Notes: generated from the sequence alone by a model not told the origin. A DNA stretch of 64,000 bases from Macrostomum hystrix (GCA_950097015.1 CATNEN010000030.1:124001-188000); one strand, 5' to 3'; numbered from the stretch's first letter, positions 33,275-47,493 are shown. Numbers and translations: made by a program.

Positions 33275-36053
33275 TTTGGATTCTAAAGGTTATTGAAATT
33301 TCAAATGCTTGTTTTAAAAGCAGTCACGTATAACGAAGTAAACCATTTTTTTTATTTTTCCGAGATTAAATCGCTTTCAGCTAGCATATTTGGTTTAATG
33401 GGCTTTTAGAGATTTATAATGTTTTTTGATGCGCAAAGAAAAAAGTTTAAGATGACAAACAACGTTTTTATGTCAATGTCAGAGCATGCCATTTTCACTT
33501 TTTTCTTTTTTTATGAATCTTGACAATAACAGAAAATGACATCGTGAATTATATCAATGTCGAGCTTTTGTTTTTATCTTTTTAGTCAACCGAATTTGTT
33601 GCACCAGCAGCTAGGCATTCGAAGTTACCGTACGTAATTGTCTTAAGTTTTACGTCACAAAGTGCCATTTATGTCATGTTATTGCTCTAGGGCTCTCTCT
33701 TCAATATTCTCCACTGTAATGTTAAACTCATACTATTACCCTTTAGTTACCAAAAGTTACTATTTATTACTAGTAGTGCTGCCACCAAGCAGAACGAACT
33801 GCTATCAAAGGAATGTTCCGAAGATATTCCTTAATTATTTGCACTTTTATTCTCTAGGGTAGTGTTTCTCTCTCTCTCTCTTGTACGTGTATACGTGGCC
33901 TGAGAGGTCTTTTAGCACCGGTTATGCACTTAATCCGTCAGGCGTACCTGTGGATTAGAGGGTCACAGCAACAGGCCTTTTATAATTGAACCACCTATAA
34001 ATAAACTCCGAAATTCGGGTATTTATACTTTCGTTGTCCTCTAAGTATTCTAAACACTCCTCTTCGTGCAAATCATTCCCTTCTCTGAATATTCTGCTTC
34101 AGGTATAGTTTCATAATAATTAAATTTCAAAAGATTTCGGATGTTTGCTTGTTTGTAAGGAAGCTTGTCCCGAAGGCACACGATGAATTCCTCTCTCCAG
34201 AATTCCTGCTCATATAATGTTTTATTTGCAATTGTTTAACAAAATTTTATTACAATATATATATTTTGGTTCGCGCCTATTTTAACAGCCATTTGAGAAA
34301 ATATTTTTGACTGTTCGACAATTTAAACAAATCGGAAAATATTTTTTACTTGTTTCGCTTAAACAAATTATTTTTTCTCGCGTGATTTTTACTTGCACAA
34401 CTTTGTTTTAGAGGCCTATTACATTAGGTCGTGTCATGTTATTTTAGTTAATAGTTGTCCTTGCTTGTTTTATACCCCCACGGCCTATAGGGCTGGCTAC
34501 TGCATGGCAGCTTGGAAATAACCACAGATACTAGAATAACTAGTATCTAGTTATTCTAGTATCTGTGGAAATAACTAATCGAAATTGTCTATTTAGTTAT
34601 AAAACTAAACAAGATCACTCATTGCTTTCCTGAGAGACACTTGAACAGCACTCGAACTGCATTTCACTAATAAAGTTATCTGTGAATTTCAAGTCCAATA
34701 GTATGCAAAACAATTTGCGTAACTTTTGTATTGCGATTACAAGGAATTCAATATACTACGGCTAGCAATATGAGTTTTGATTCGAAGTGAATTTACAACT
34801 TTTTTGGCATGTCAGATATTATGTTGAATTCACTTTTGATTTCAACCTAATCTAATCAATTTGATTTGAAACGTCGTAGATTTAGGGAAGTCCACTCAGG
34901 CTCACTCAGACCTACCGTGGCTCCCGTCGGGAAGCTATTTGGACTTGGATCCGGAGCGAACTGCTGCTGCTAGGAGGCACAATCAGCACAATGAACTAGC
35001 TGCTAAAGTATTTTGTAACTGCTGATAAATCTGTCCGTTAACACCATCCTGCAGCTGGACAATGCCCTATATGGCTCTGGTGCGAGGCTGTGTGACCAGG
35101 CACATTGAGCATGCAAGCGCTGCCAGCTGGCCTGCCAATATTCGGACCGACCTTAAATCCAATAAGGTTTCAGCAGCGAGCCCTGTCAAACACGGGACCA
35201 CCTAGAGTTATGTTAAGAGCATAATAGGAAATTCTTGGTATTGGGCTAGTAAAAATGTATGATTCGTTTCATTGTTTTCTAGCTAATCGACAACTATATA
35301 TTGACCTTTAAGCGACCTAAATTTTTGCCTCCGGCTCCCTATTTTTAATTGAAAAGTTCAAGTGAATCATATGAATTGCGAATTGTTATTGTTTACCCAA
35401 TAGCTACGAGTCATAGTTTTATTAAACTGAGAAGCAAGCTTTTTAAGATAGGAAATTGTGTATTAATCAGCTTGTTTATCAACAAACTGTTATTTAAACT
35501 TTGCTCATTCAGATAGTTGAACGCCACAGACTGTTTCCTCAGTGTAAGAATAGACACGGGGCACTTCGTTTCTTGGAAAATGTATTAAAGACAGATTTTC
35601 GCGGAAAAAATGCACAAGCGAGATAGGAACTTTTAACTTTTTTTCACACTAAAATGTTCATTACTTTTTATTTGAAGCAGATAAAATGCTGTTATTTTAA
35701 TATATCCTGCAAAACATGTTGCTTCGACGAAATTTATAAAGCTTCATTCGCGAATAATTGATCTTCGTTGAACGTGTTTATCTTCATTTTTCATGAAGCA
35801 CAATAGCTAGTCAAAAGCTATATCTACGAAAATGGTAAAAATCGAAAATAAAATGAAGATTTCCTGTCCTTCCCCTAGTTGCCCTTGGTAATTAATGCCA
35901 CAATTTAATTTTAAATACGAAAATTACGTACTGACTTTGAATCACGCATTTTGATTAACAAAATATTATATAACGAAGCTGAAAAGCAGAGGCTCTGAAT
36001 AAACAAGTTGCCAATTAGTTAATTAGTCCGAATTTTAATTGTGTCTGACAAAT

Positions 36054-36539
36054 TTACGAGCCAATCGAGCAAGGTTTTTCGCCACTATAAAAGCAACCGG
36101 CCTGCACTTCTACGAATACCGATTTCAACTGCAGCGGATTTGCAGCTACAATTTGACAGGCCTCAACTTTAATTATCTTTGTGCGACAATGAGGCTCGCC
36201 ACAGGCGCACCTCTGGTGGAACAGGAGTCTGGGCAGTAGGTCCGGTCGACTCTCAAAGCAAGAGTGACTCCCGCAGGTCTTGCTGCTCATCCACTCCCTG
36301 CTGCACTCAGCAGAGTCGCCGCTATTGTTGCAAACTGGCGCGGCTTTGAATAACCGGCTCATGTTTTTCAATTGCAGCGAAAACGATTCCATGAGGTCTC
36401 CGTCTTCTTCGAGCTGCAGACCGTTGAAGCGACTGCAGTTGAGGGCTTCGGGCATCGAAGATAGCAGCAGCAGCACCAGCAGCACCAGAAGCACCGGCGG
36501 GGCAGGTTGACAGGTGTTCGATTTTTTTCGCAGAAACAT
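36054..36539 (-). CDS. Small secreted cysteine-rich protein (161 aa), IL-17/PTTH-Trunk cystine-knot-like
   Basis: ATG start, single open exon, hydrophobic VLLVLLVLLLLSS signal-like stretch, 11 Cys after it; C-X13-P-X7-C-X-C and terminal VEVQAGC resemble IL-17 family spacing. Confidence 0.55.
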   Translation of the reverse strand: MFLRKKSNTCQPAPPVLLVLLVLLLLSSMPEALNCSRFNGLQLEEDGDLMESFSLQLKNMSRLFKAAPVCNNSGDSAECSREWMSSKTCGSHSCFESRPDLLPRLLFHQRCACGEPHCRTKIIKVEACQIVAANPLQLKSVFVEVQAGCFYSGEKPCSIGS

Positions 36540-37790
36540 GTCGAATGTTCAATTTAGTGAAGCGAGTAAGGCTGTGCTGGATTTTTTCGAGGTTCGTCCT
36601 TGGCTATATATTGACCGCCAGCTACCGGATGTCTGGTGAATTATCTCTCTTATTTTATCTATGTCAAAATGGCCTGAAGTAGCCACGATGTTTGAGTTTT
36701 TTGTACTTGGTGAGACAGCTGCTATATATACAGCTGTATTCATATATTGTAAGCTTTAGATTTCGCATTCCATCAGGTGATAAGCAATGACTATCCAGGA
36801 AGAGAAATAAACCCTGAGTTTTTATCTTAGCTATGCAGCAACAAGAAATGAGTCAAATTCAAATAGTCAGTTGTTTTTAGTTCAGATAGTTGCCGCTACG
36901 AGCTCGTACTGACTACCAATGAATCGATGGATGTTTGTGATAAATGTTCATCAGCTCGTACTTCAAGTAGAAAGCATAGCAAAATTTAGCTTTGTATAAA
37001 TTCTTTTTTTTCAGAATCTTAACTCAAGCTACAAATTTCTATGACGAAATATTTTTCGTTTGCTTACTAAAAGAAAGGGAAAATAGGGATGCTAGGTATC
37101 ACGAGTGGTTGCCTAAACTTGAGCAGCAAGCTTCATACGCCTGCATGTGCCTTTCTGATCGGCAGAACTCGAGGAAAAGTTTTGTTAACCAGCACTTTGA
37201 TTGGTACTGCACTGGAGCATGGGCTTGCTGCTGGTACTTTATAGAAGCACACAGAGGGGCCTAATGAGTGTCTTTGGGCTAATCTCGGAGCTGATGGAGT
37301 TGGAAATTGGGAAGTAAAAAAATTCTGTCAGAGAAGACAGCGAGGCAACAACGCGAATTGGAGGCCAGTGTCTAAAGCACGGCATTGGCCAGGGGCGCCT
37401 GGACCAATGAGAGGCCGTGACGGACCACCCAGTGGCTGCAAATTTGAGGACAATGAACACAGAAAATGGCTCGGAGCTTTTTTAGACACCCAGCAATTAG
37501 GCGTGGGCAGTGGATAAAAGCACTCGGCACAATCATCAACCATTGAGCTGTGACTACGAATGGAGAATGGCTACAGCCTCTGCAGCTAGGCGATAAGCGT
37601 GTATTATACTGCAGGCATTACCCAGCGGACTTCAGCACTCATTCCTGAATTGGCTTTCGTTGCTTTCTCACGCTCGCCTAAACTCTCAGCGACTCAGATC
37701 AGCTGAGAAGCAGTCGAACAAGTCTCGGCTCGCAACGCAATTGAGTATAGGCTGGCGAGCCGCATGCTCCGCCCGTAAATCATCCGCCCC

Positions 37791-40700
37791 ATGAAGCATG
37801 CAGCCGCCTGCACCCGCCTGGCATCCCTGCTGCTGCTGCTGCTCGCGCTCGCGCAGACGTCGGCCGCGTCACCTGGCCGCTACAACTTCACGGTGCACGA
37901 GAACCGGCCAGCGGGATTTCAGGTCGGCCAGGTGAAGCTGAGCTCGGGCTTTGCTTATCAGCTCAGCCCGGCCTCGTCCTTGTTCAGCTTCGACAGCGCA
38001 ACCGGCATCATCACAACAAAGCTGTCTATCGATCGCGAGACTCTTGGCTCCGACACTGTCGACCTATTAATCATCGGCTCGTCGACCTCTTCCGTTGTGT
38101 CGCTTAGTGTTCGCATTCACATTCTTGATGAGAATGACAATAGTCCGCGCTTCCCTGAGCCATTAATAACCTGGGAGATCTCCGAAAATGCCATCGTTGG
38201 CAGTGCGAGAATCTTGCCCGTGGCAACAGACCCTGATGTCGGAGCTAATTCAGTGACGCTTAATTACAAAATCACGTCAGGCAACGCAGAAGGCAAGTTT
38301 CACCTGCGAGTCGAAAATTCGCTGGGCTTTTTGCAACTGAAGCTGCTGACTGTCGGACGGCTTGACCGAGAGAAAACCAGCTCCTACAGCCTCAACATAT
38401 CGGCAGAAGACGGCGGCCACCCGATACTTTATGGCTACCTGGCTGTCCAGGTAACAGTCGAGGACTACAATGATGAGCGTCCTAGGTTTGAGCAGCAGAT
38501 TTACCAGGCGTTGATCAACGAGACTGTCGCGATTGGCCAAGAGATCGCCCGGGTTAAAGCAACTGACGCGGATCAGACAGGTACAGTGAACTCACTGGTC
38601 ACTTATAGATTCAAGGAAACGCCACACAAGAGCGAATTCGAAGTGGATGCCAGAACTGGGGCTGTTCGAGTCGCCAAGCCGCTAAGCTGCTTTCGCACCA
38701 CTGATGGCTGCTCACTGAGCATCGAGGCAACGGATAACGGCGTGCCACAGCTTCATTCCGAGAATTCCTGCACCGTCCAGATCACTGTACTGCGTTCCAA
38801 TGATCATAGCCCGGAAATCCGCGTAATCCTAAGCACAAAGAAGGACGACTATGCCGTCATTGATGAGACTTCAAAGCCAGATGACCCTATCGGAGTCGTC
38901 CAAGTGACTGATGCTGACTCAGGCAGCAACGGCCAGACCAGCTTGGCTTTGCTACAGTCTTCTGGTTACTTTGCACTGCGCCTTTTAGCAGCAAATTACT
39001 ATCGGATTGTCACTGCCAGGACATTCACGGCGGACTCACCAAAAGACTTTCAGCTGCTCCTTAGGGCGGAGGACAAAGGTCAACCGCCGAGGATTTCAAC
39101 TCTGACTGTTACAGTGCGAGTAAACAAGGCAAACCAGTTCGCGCCCAGCTTTAATGAGAGTCTAAAGGCGGTGCGTCTGTCTCAGCTGGCGCCCGTTGGA
39201 TCATTTGTTGCCAGCATGACCGCGCATGACAACGACTCGCAGGGTATTAACTCCGAGGTGCGCTACCAAATTGTTGGTGGCAACGATGGCGACTATTTTC
39301 GAATCGTGCATGACTCGGGTTTGGTGTTGACGAAAAAGCTTCTAAAACTGATGAAGCAGTCAGTCTTCCGCTTGAACATCAGCGCCAGTGACAGCGGGCC
39401 GAAGCGGCTCGTTTCGTACGCAATGCTCCAGGTGCAAGTGGAGCGCGGCAATCATGCACCTGTTTGCAAAGACGGCCGACTTGAGTTCCAGGTACAACAG
39501 GGCAATGCGTTCCACTCTTCACTCAATGAAATTTGCCATGACTCCGATGCTGGTCCTAATGGCGCACTCACCTTTAGTATCCAGCGTCAGACAGCGTTGA
39601 GCAGTGTCAACAAGTGCCAGATAAGTGCAGGGCGATTCAGTTGCCCCAGAGTAAAGGAAGAGGCGCAATACGTCATTGTTGTCAGCGATCAGGCTCAGAC
39701 ACCGTTGCAAACTCGCGTACACCTGAAAATCCGTGTCGTAAAAAACGAGTCAATTGAGTTGCAGTTTTATCCACTTCGCTATCATGTGACAACGCCGGCA
39801 GGTGTGTCCAACTTTGGCAAGACACTGACACGGCTGAGGGCTTCGGCCAGTGGTACTCTTCACTACACCATGCAGAGTCTGCGCCCAGACTTCATGATCG
39901 ATTCCAATGATGGAGCGGTGAGAATGGCCAACTACACCGCTGTAGATGTGGCTACGTTGCTCTTTCTGGTCAATGATGAGCACGGGAACATAGCCAAGAA
40001 TCCGGCCATTGTGCGCGTTTATCCTGAGCCAGTGACTTCTACCGGTAGGCCGGTGTTTCTACAGGCGCAGTACCAATTTAAGCTACCCGAGGACAACGGT
40101 CCCGCAACCAGTTCCAAGGAAACTCGCAACATTGGTTTCATTTCGGCTTCCGGTGTTTACGGATACGAGATTGTCGCTGGCGATCCGGAGGGTATTTTTA
40201 GTGTGTCCAGCTCAGGTGCTTTAAGTGTGGTCAAACATTTGGATCGGGAGCAGACCTCCAACTTTAACCTAACAATTGTTGGACTCGCAAGCGCAGATGT
40301 ATGTACGTGTCATGTGAGCATCAAAGTCATTGACCAAAACGACAACGCACCTGGATTCGAGTGGACAGCGTATGAGTTTAACATTAGCGACTCAACTCCG
40401 ATTGGTCAAGCCATAGGCACTACCAAGGCATTGGATTCTGACGAGGGAATGAACTCGAAGCTAAGCTACGAACTTCTTGGAAGACGAGCTGCTTACTTTG
40501 AGCTCGACAAGGATAGCGGTCTACTCAAATTGTCTTATCCTGTGTCAAAGTGGCTGGATGCGGAACTGAAGCAGGGAATCAGTCTTACAGTGTCAGTGAG
40601 CGACGCCGGGAAGCCATCAAGGAACAGCTCGGTGGAAGTTCGCGTCACCGTCGACCCCAGCTATAATGACTATCCAATACTGGACGAGATAAAGAACGAA

Positions 40701-42602
40701 TTCTTCGTAAGAGAAGACGCTGCAGTCAATAGCATCATTGGACAGCTGAATGCAAGTGGAAAGTACTCGATTGTTTACTCACTGAGTCCATTTTTCTCAT
40801 CCGAGCAACCAGAATCTGATATTTCAGTACTGCCAACAGGCGAGTTGTACATTAGCAATGCACTAGATCGAGAAACGCGTGACACCTACGAAATAGAAGT
40901 TTACGCAACGTTTTTTGAGCCGTCATTGAACTCGCAACCGGAGTGGATGACTTCAAGCACCACTGTGACAGTGTACGTACAAGATGTGAACGACTGTAGC
41001 CCGATTTTCTCACGGAGCAACTATGTGTTTGAGCTGCCAGAGAATTCAACACACAATCACCTGGTTGGACGTGTCTTTGCTGCCGACGCTGATGAAGGTG
41101 CAAACGGGCACATTCTCTACTACCTAGCAGATTTGCCTCATCAGGGGTTGTTCTACATAGACCCTGTCCTGGGTGAGATCCGATCTCTCCGTCGGTTTGA
41201 CTTTGAGAATCCTGGAGACAGGGAGTTCGAATTCGCAGTGGTTGCTAAAGACCGTGGAAGTAGCGAAGACGCAGTCAGGAGCGGTCACGCTCGTGTTCGA
41301 GTGCTCATTACGGACGTGAACGATCACAGGCCAAGATTCAAATCGTCCGTTTTCCGCTTTGAGATCGCAGAAAATACCACAGAAGGCAGCATTGTAGCTC
41401 AACTGTCTGCGAATGATGCAGACAGCGGGCTTAACGGAGCGATGGTGTTCAGCTTCCTCGGCGGGAACGAGCTAGGTAACTTTGCCATTGGTGAGAACAC
41501 TGGAGAGCTAAGAATAAGTAAACTGCTCGATAGAGAACTGAAAGAAAGATTTGAGCTTGTTGTGAGCGTGTCAGACAAGGGCGAACCAAAACTGTCAACA
41601 ACAGCCGTGGTCTTCATTCAGGTGCTTGACTGCAATGACCAGAAGCCAGTGTTCTACAACACACAAGTTGGTCAAATAGCGGTGTCGGAAGACATTAGAC
41701 CGGGAACAGGCATTCATAGGTTCTATGCAACTGACAGAGATTCTGGTAACTATTCGAAGTTTTACTTTTCCATCGCATTCGGTAACATTGACGAGGTTTT
41801 CGGCATGGATCTAGTGACTGGCAAGCTGTACATCGCGAAACCGTTAGATTACGAAATTCGGTCTCTGTACCACTTGGTAATTCGAGCTACTGATTTTGGC
41901 GGCCAGTTTACCCAAATTAATTTCACAGTTCGCGTTGAGAACGTAGATGACAATGCGCCCGAATTCATTGGATCTCCGCTGGTTATTCAAGTTGAAGAAA
42001 ATTTGAGCGGACGCACAATAGGCAAGGTGGTTGCCAAGGACGCCGACGGAGATGAGATCTCGTACCACCTGGTGTTTCAAGAGCCGTACGGAACCGATTT
42101 CAGAGTCGACAGCCTGACTGGCGCAATAGTCGTAGAAAAGGCACTGGACCGTGAGCGAGTGGCCGTCTACAAGCTGCACATTGAGGCCAGGGACAGGCCG
42201 ACCAAGGCTGCAGGGAGGCGGCTCACATCAGCTGTCACAATCGCCACTGTCATTGTTGACGATGTTGACGATAACAGGCCGGTTCTGCACACGCAGGCCG
42301 GATTGCTCCTGCCGCTAACCCTGACGCCCGGGGCCAAGGTGGCGCGCCTCATCGCTTCGGATGCTGATCAAGGTGAGAACGCGAAAATTTTCTTTGCAAT
42401 CTCCGGCCCGGACGCCGCCTACTTCGCCGTAGACAAGCTCACGGGCGAGCTGACGCTGCTAACGCAGCCGGTAGAAGCAAAGACATACTTCGATCTGCTC
42501 GTGAAGCTGAATAAAGAAGATAGCGGCCAGCCGGTGAAGCTGATTGTGCCCTCCAGGGAGAATAATGGTCCAATCTTCTCGCAATCGTCCTACACAGGCG
42601 AG
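37791..42602 (+). CDS. FAT4: FAT4/fat-like giant cadherin, coding exon 1 (signal peptide plus about 15 cadherin repeats, 1604 aa)
   Basis: GFAYQL, IDRETLGSDTVDLLII, DENDNSPRFPEP, ATDPDVGAN, GNAEGKFHL, GRLDRE align with FAT4 EC1-2 as I recall them (GFTYRL, IDRESLPSDVINLVV, DLNDNAPVFPDP, ATDSDIGSN, GNEAGRFRL); donor GAG|gtgagt at 42603. Confidence 0.88.
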
Positions 42603-43498
42603 GTGAGTCTTCAATTTCTCCTCCTCGCAAGTTTCATATGGAATAAAAAGCAGAATCGATCCCAGCTAAGAGTGGGGAAAAGAAGATGAAACGAGAGAAT
42701 CCTGAGAGCTTAGGCAGACAATGGGATGGGAAGATCTCATTCAGCATCCCCACTGTGTGCTCTGGTTTGCCCAGCAGGCCGCCCATCTTAGCTGGCCCGA
42801 CGCTGTGTTTCTCAGCTTCCTTGGAAAGAGACTTGGGTTGGGTTTAGACCGGGCCACGCGGATGAGTCACATTGCAGGGGCACAACCGGTTGTTTGCTCT
42901 AAAGACCCCTTTTTCTCCTCGGTTGCAACTTGCCAGTCACGCCGACAATTTCTCATTCTCCAGCTTTCTATCGAGGCCTTCCGTCTCCACCCACCTAGTG
43001 AGAAGCCCCTCGCCTCCTCTCCACTGCTAGGGTCTGCTATTCGCACGTATCGCACGCTGAGATAATTGTCTCTGATCGTTCGCCCCACGAACGGCGCTAA
43101 CAATAATGTGTTTGCACAGTTCTGGAGGGGAGAAAATGGTGTCGAATAGTGAATTTGGGAGGCAGTAATTCAAGATTTCCTGTAGGGCTCTGACTAGAAA
43201 GAATAAGGCCGGATCACAGGATGTGATCGGTGAAACCTGAGCTCCACTCTCATCCCACTCATCTATTTCGTTATTCCCCCCTCTCCTGTTTCTCATTGAT
43301 AACAGTTGCAAAGCCTTCATTCAGATAGTAATATCAACCGGTTCAACATTAGTGATAAAAAGTTTTTTTTGTAAACCTAAATCGATCTCTGCCCACGGAT
43401 TCATGCGCAATGATCAAAAGTTGAGCTCTAGCTTCGAAGCCATGCCCTGGCCCTATAATCCGCCTTAAACTTTTCCCGATCGAATCCTGGAATTAAAG

Positions 43499-43789
43499 GT
43501 GGCCGAGGGCACGACAGCCGGCCGGGAGGTCCTCCGCATGCGGGCCCTGTACGCAGGCAATCCGCGGTCAGCCGTGCAGTACCTCATCACCGGCGTGTTC
43601 GCCGGCAACCGCAGCGAGCCGGAGCCCCGAGGCCTCTTCCACCTGGTGAACTCAGCGGCCTCCGAGTACGGCCTCCTGCAGACCGGGCCGCGGCCTCTAG
43701 ACCGGGAGGCCACCCGCACCGGGCAGTACCAGCTGGAGGTCACGGCCCTGGACACTGGAAGCCGACTGCCCAGGACGCGGACAGCTAGT
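43499..43789 (+). CDS. FAT4: FAT4-like exon 2
   Basis: aattaaag|GTG gives YTGE|VAEGTTAGREVL; LDRE motif; donor AGT|gtaagc, phase 0. Confidence 0.9.
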
Positions 43790-46700
43790 GTAAGCAGCGC
43801 TGAATTTAATATACAGCCATCCAGATAGATGGATAGGGATGACATCTAGGCGCAGCTGTTCAGTCCATGGACTGTGTAGGCCAGAGCCACCCAATTTTTT
43901 TAAGCCCGATTCTGGTACCATTTTACAGCAGAGTGGACTGAAGCTATTGCGAACTAAGGGTTTCGAGGTGTTGAGATTTGAACTCTCGACGTCTCGTTGA
44001 GAATTCTGCAGCTCGAACCACTGGGCTGCGAGCTCCCTAGCCTAATCAATTCTGAATTCAATTTTCGCTCTGGTCTGAGATAATCTAGCTTGCATTTAAG
44101 ATGTCGATGGAAAGCTTCAGCGAAGAAGCTTCTCAAAACGCTTAGCACTTTGATTTAGGCAAATAATAAAATTACGACCTAGCTCGTATATATTATCTAC
44201 CTCTTCATTCAAGAGTTCTCACTTCCTAAGTCACTTCCGCGTCAGCGCTTGGATACAATTTGGGTGCAATTTGGCATCATAGATTAGCGCTACATAAACT
44301 GTATAGCATTATATTGACATGATTATTCGGTCACTGGCTAAAAAACTTGCTTCAAAGACGAATTGACGGCGTTGCGGCGAAATCTGATCACAAAAAAGTA
44401 GAAAGAAGGCAAAAACTGCTTGCCAGTGTACAGTTCAGTGATACAAAGTCACACCTGTTTTATATTCTGCGGAGACCTGATAGCTATTGGCTGTGGCTTT
44501 GCTCATCAGAATGCAAGTATATAAGAAACATAGCATGGTTTTAGCTCAGGTGCAACTATAGTCTTTGTCATTCAAGTCAAACAGCCAGGTATTTTCCATT
44601 CCAGTCTCGCCTACTATACCTCTACTACAGAGTTGTTCGTGATTTTATTCACAAAACGAAAATTAGTAATGAATTTTGGCTTGTCAAACGAGACGACATT
44701 GCCATTTTTTTTCCAAAAATATAGATTTCCCGGACAGTGAGGATGGGATTTGGGGCAAAGACCTATCATCGGGCTCCATCTATATCCCATTAGCGACCCC
44801 GATAGGTGTGTTACTCCCCATCGCCCTCCTCTGCCGGCCTGTTTCGCTGAAACCCCGTGTTTTACACACCAGCGAACTCCCTGGCGACACCGAACGGCAT
44901 TGCCGGGGGCTGCCACCCACCTTGCAGGCCCCGTCCGACAGCTCGTTAGCAGCAGGTATAGCATCCGTGGCTATAGCCATGCCCCTAACACGTGCAGAGC
45001 AGGCGGTGCCTACCGCCAGTTCCCGGCATTTTGTCGACCCCTTCCCATCCCAGCTGCATCGCAGGGATCTTCCTCCCCCCGAGGGCCCGAGGTAGCTGGC
45101 GGGAGCGCGAGGTGACAAAAAATATTTCTTATAGCTCCTCCACTTGGCTGCCAATTTTAACTGCCGCTTCGCTGATCTCCAGGGAGTCGAGGGCGGCAAC
45201 TGAAGCCGTTTAATTTCCTAAGTTTCTTTGTCTCGCTCTGCAGTAGCAATTGTGTAAGGAAGAGCTAGAGAAGAGAACCCCCAGCAAGACAAGGCTGTGG
45301 GAGAGGAACTGTTGGTCCCTATGGGTAATGAAGAGACGGAGGTTGAGAAAGTTGGAAGTGAGTCCCTGGTCAAACACGCCAGGTGTGATTGCCCCCACCC
45401 CAATGCACACACCGCACAAACGGAGCTCCTAGGAAACCTGGCTGTGTCATCTCTAAAAGCATGGCGGATTAGGGAAAGAAAGGGCCAGAATTCTCTGCTC
45501 CATTAGCTCCACTTTCCAGTCCACCCACCCCTGACTAACAGACAGGTGCATTGTCTTTCCAGCTTACCAAGCTCTGTACTCACTTTCTTTCCTCGTCGTC
45601 TTCTTTCACACGCTCTCTCTCCCTACATTGAACCCCTATAATCCTGGGAAGACAGCAAGGTTGGAAGATTTATTTTCGCATAATCTTGGGCTATTACTGC
45701 ATTATTACTGTTTTACTATTGCAGTAATTTTGTGTAATTTAGCATATCAATTTATTACGCTGCAATTTCAGCTGTGCCATCAAATCCAACCAATAGATTA
45801 GTTACTATATTAAGTGATGTTCAGCGCTGCTTACTTACTCGTAAGTGGCAACTCAGCCCCTTCACTCTCTCACTCTCTCCCTTTCCCTTCTATTGAGGAG
45901 TTCGCGTGTCAGTCAAACGGGTCAGGAATGGCTGGGGGAGGGTGTTTTTGAGACAGGGCAGACATTTTTTATATTGACAAAAAATTGTTCCCGGCTGCCT
46001 GACTGAGTCAGTGTCTAATTATGGTGAGCACACAATGAGAAGTTTCTATATTCTACTCTTTCTTCTCTAGTCGACATACAATTTATACCTATATATAAAA
46101 ACTTATTAGTTTCCAATGACCAAAAGCAGAGGGGGGAAACAGGACCCGGCTGAGCATAGAGTTACATGGGTCCGTTTTTGGCTTCCTCTGCAGTGCAGTC
46201 CAGACACTTGAATGCACCTCCAGTGTTTCACCTGTGTGCACTCAGCCCCGTACTCACCCCAATAAGTATGGCGCTCAACTCTATCGTTCACTTTCAGCAG
46301 CGAATTTGTTGGAGTGAAAGCCAGACTTAGTCAGACTCTCTAAAATACACGCGCGGTGGGTAAAATTCACTTACTTCTGAAGATCTGAAGAAAAAAATAC
46401 ATTTTCGCTGAGTCAAATTACTTCTCAGTAATTTTTTACGATCTGATTTAGATACCAACTTAGAGACTATCCGAGAGGTACAATCAGTGGCACAGCTACA
46501 TCCAAAGGCCACTGGAGTGGCGCCGAAGTACCTCACTTATATTCAGGAATCCAGGAATTAATGCGATGTTTACGCTTGTTTTCTTTTTCTCCTTCTCCTG
46601 ACAAAAAAATGGTTGTCTCTAAACTATTTGGCGAGAAGACTCTGGCGCTTTAGTCAATCCTGTTCAGTGCTCAAAACAAGCTTCACTCTGGATGTATTTA

Positions 46701-47153
46701 GTTATTTTATATGTCCAAGTTGTCAGCCATTCTATAGCTGCATTTCAATTTGCCATTTCATTACATTGTTGAGCAAGAGAAACGCGCAGATTTCAAATGA
46801 ATCTCTTTGAATAGAAAGCGCAGAAGAGATGATGAAAAAAGGCTAGCTATAAAAATATTTCAAGCGCTGTCCTGTCAGTGAAACTAAACTGTGAGAAGCT
46901 TAGAATAACAAGATTATTCTTTTCAAAAAGATGCTTTTTTTACGAGTGCAAGGTTAGACTGCAACCCGAATCAGAGTGGCAATTTACGAACAACCGACCA
47001 CAGAGTTCATCTGTATGGAATAGAGACCCAAATACCAGACAAATGCGGGCTCGTGTATCGCTTCCATGACTCGGTACTGGCACGACTTTTAGTCTTAAAT
47101 TACTTTATCACAAAAGTTGTGACTTTTAAGGGACACATTTCTACGTATTGCCG

Positions 47154-47154
<1 letters not shown>

Positions 47155-47252
<98 letters not shown>

Positions 47253-47259
47253 AAGGTAC

Positions 47260-47332
<73 letters not shown>

Positions 47333-47459
47333 AAGGTACATAGATAGATAGATAGATATATAGATAGATAGATAGATAGATAGATATATAGATAGATACA
47401 TAGATAGATAGATAGATAGATAGATAGAATGACAAATAGATAGATAGATAGAAAGGTAC

Positions 47460-47493
<34 letters not shown>
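47155..47493. repeat. (GATA)n microsatellite with recurring gaaaggtaca interruptions
   Basis: Interruptions at 47251, 47331 and 47451. Confidence 0.98.

Noticed and set aside
34905-35160. Candidate upstream CREB exon (minus-strand donor cacg|gtaggt near 34913)
   Set aside because: All three frames from the nearest plausible acceptors hit stops and show no KID or Q-rich similarity.
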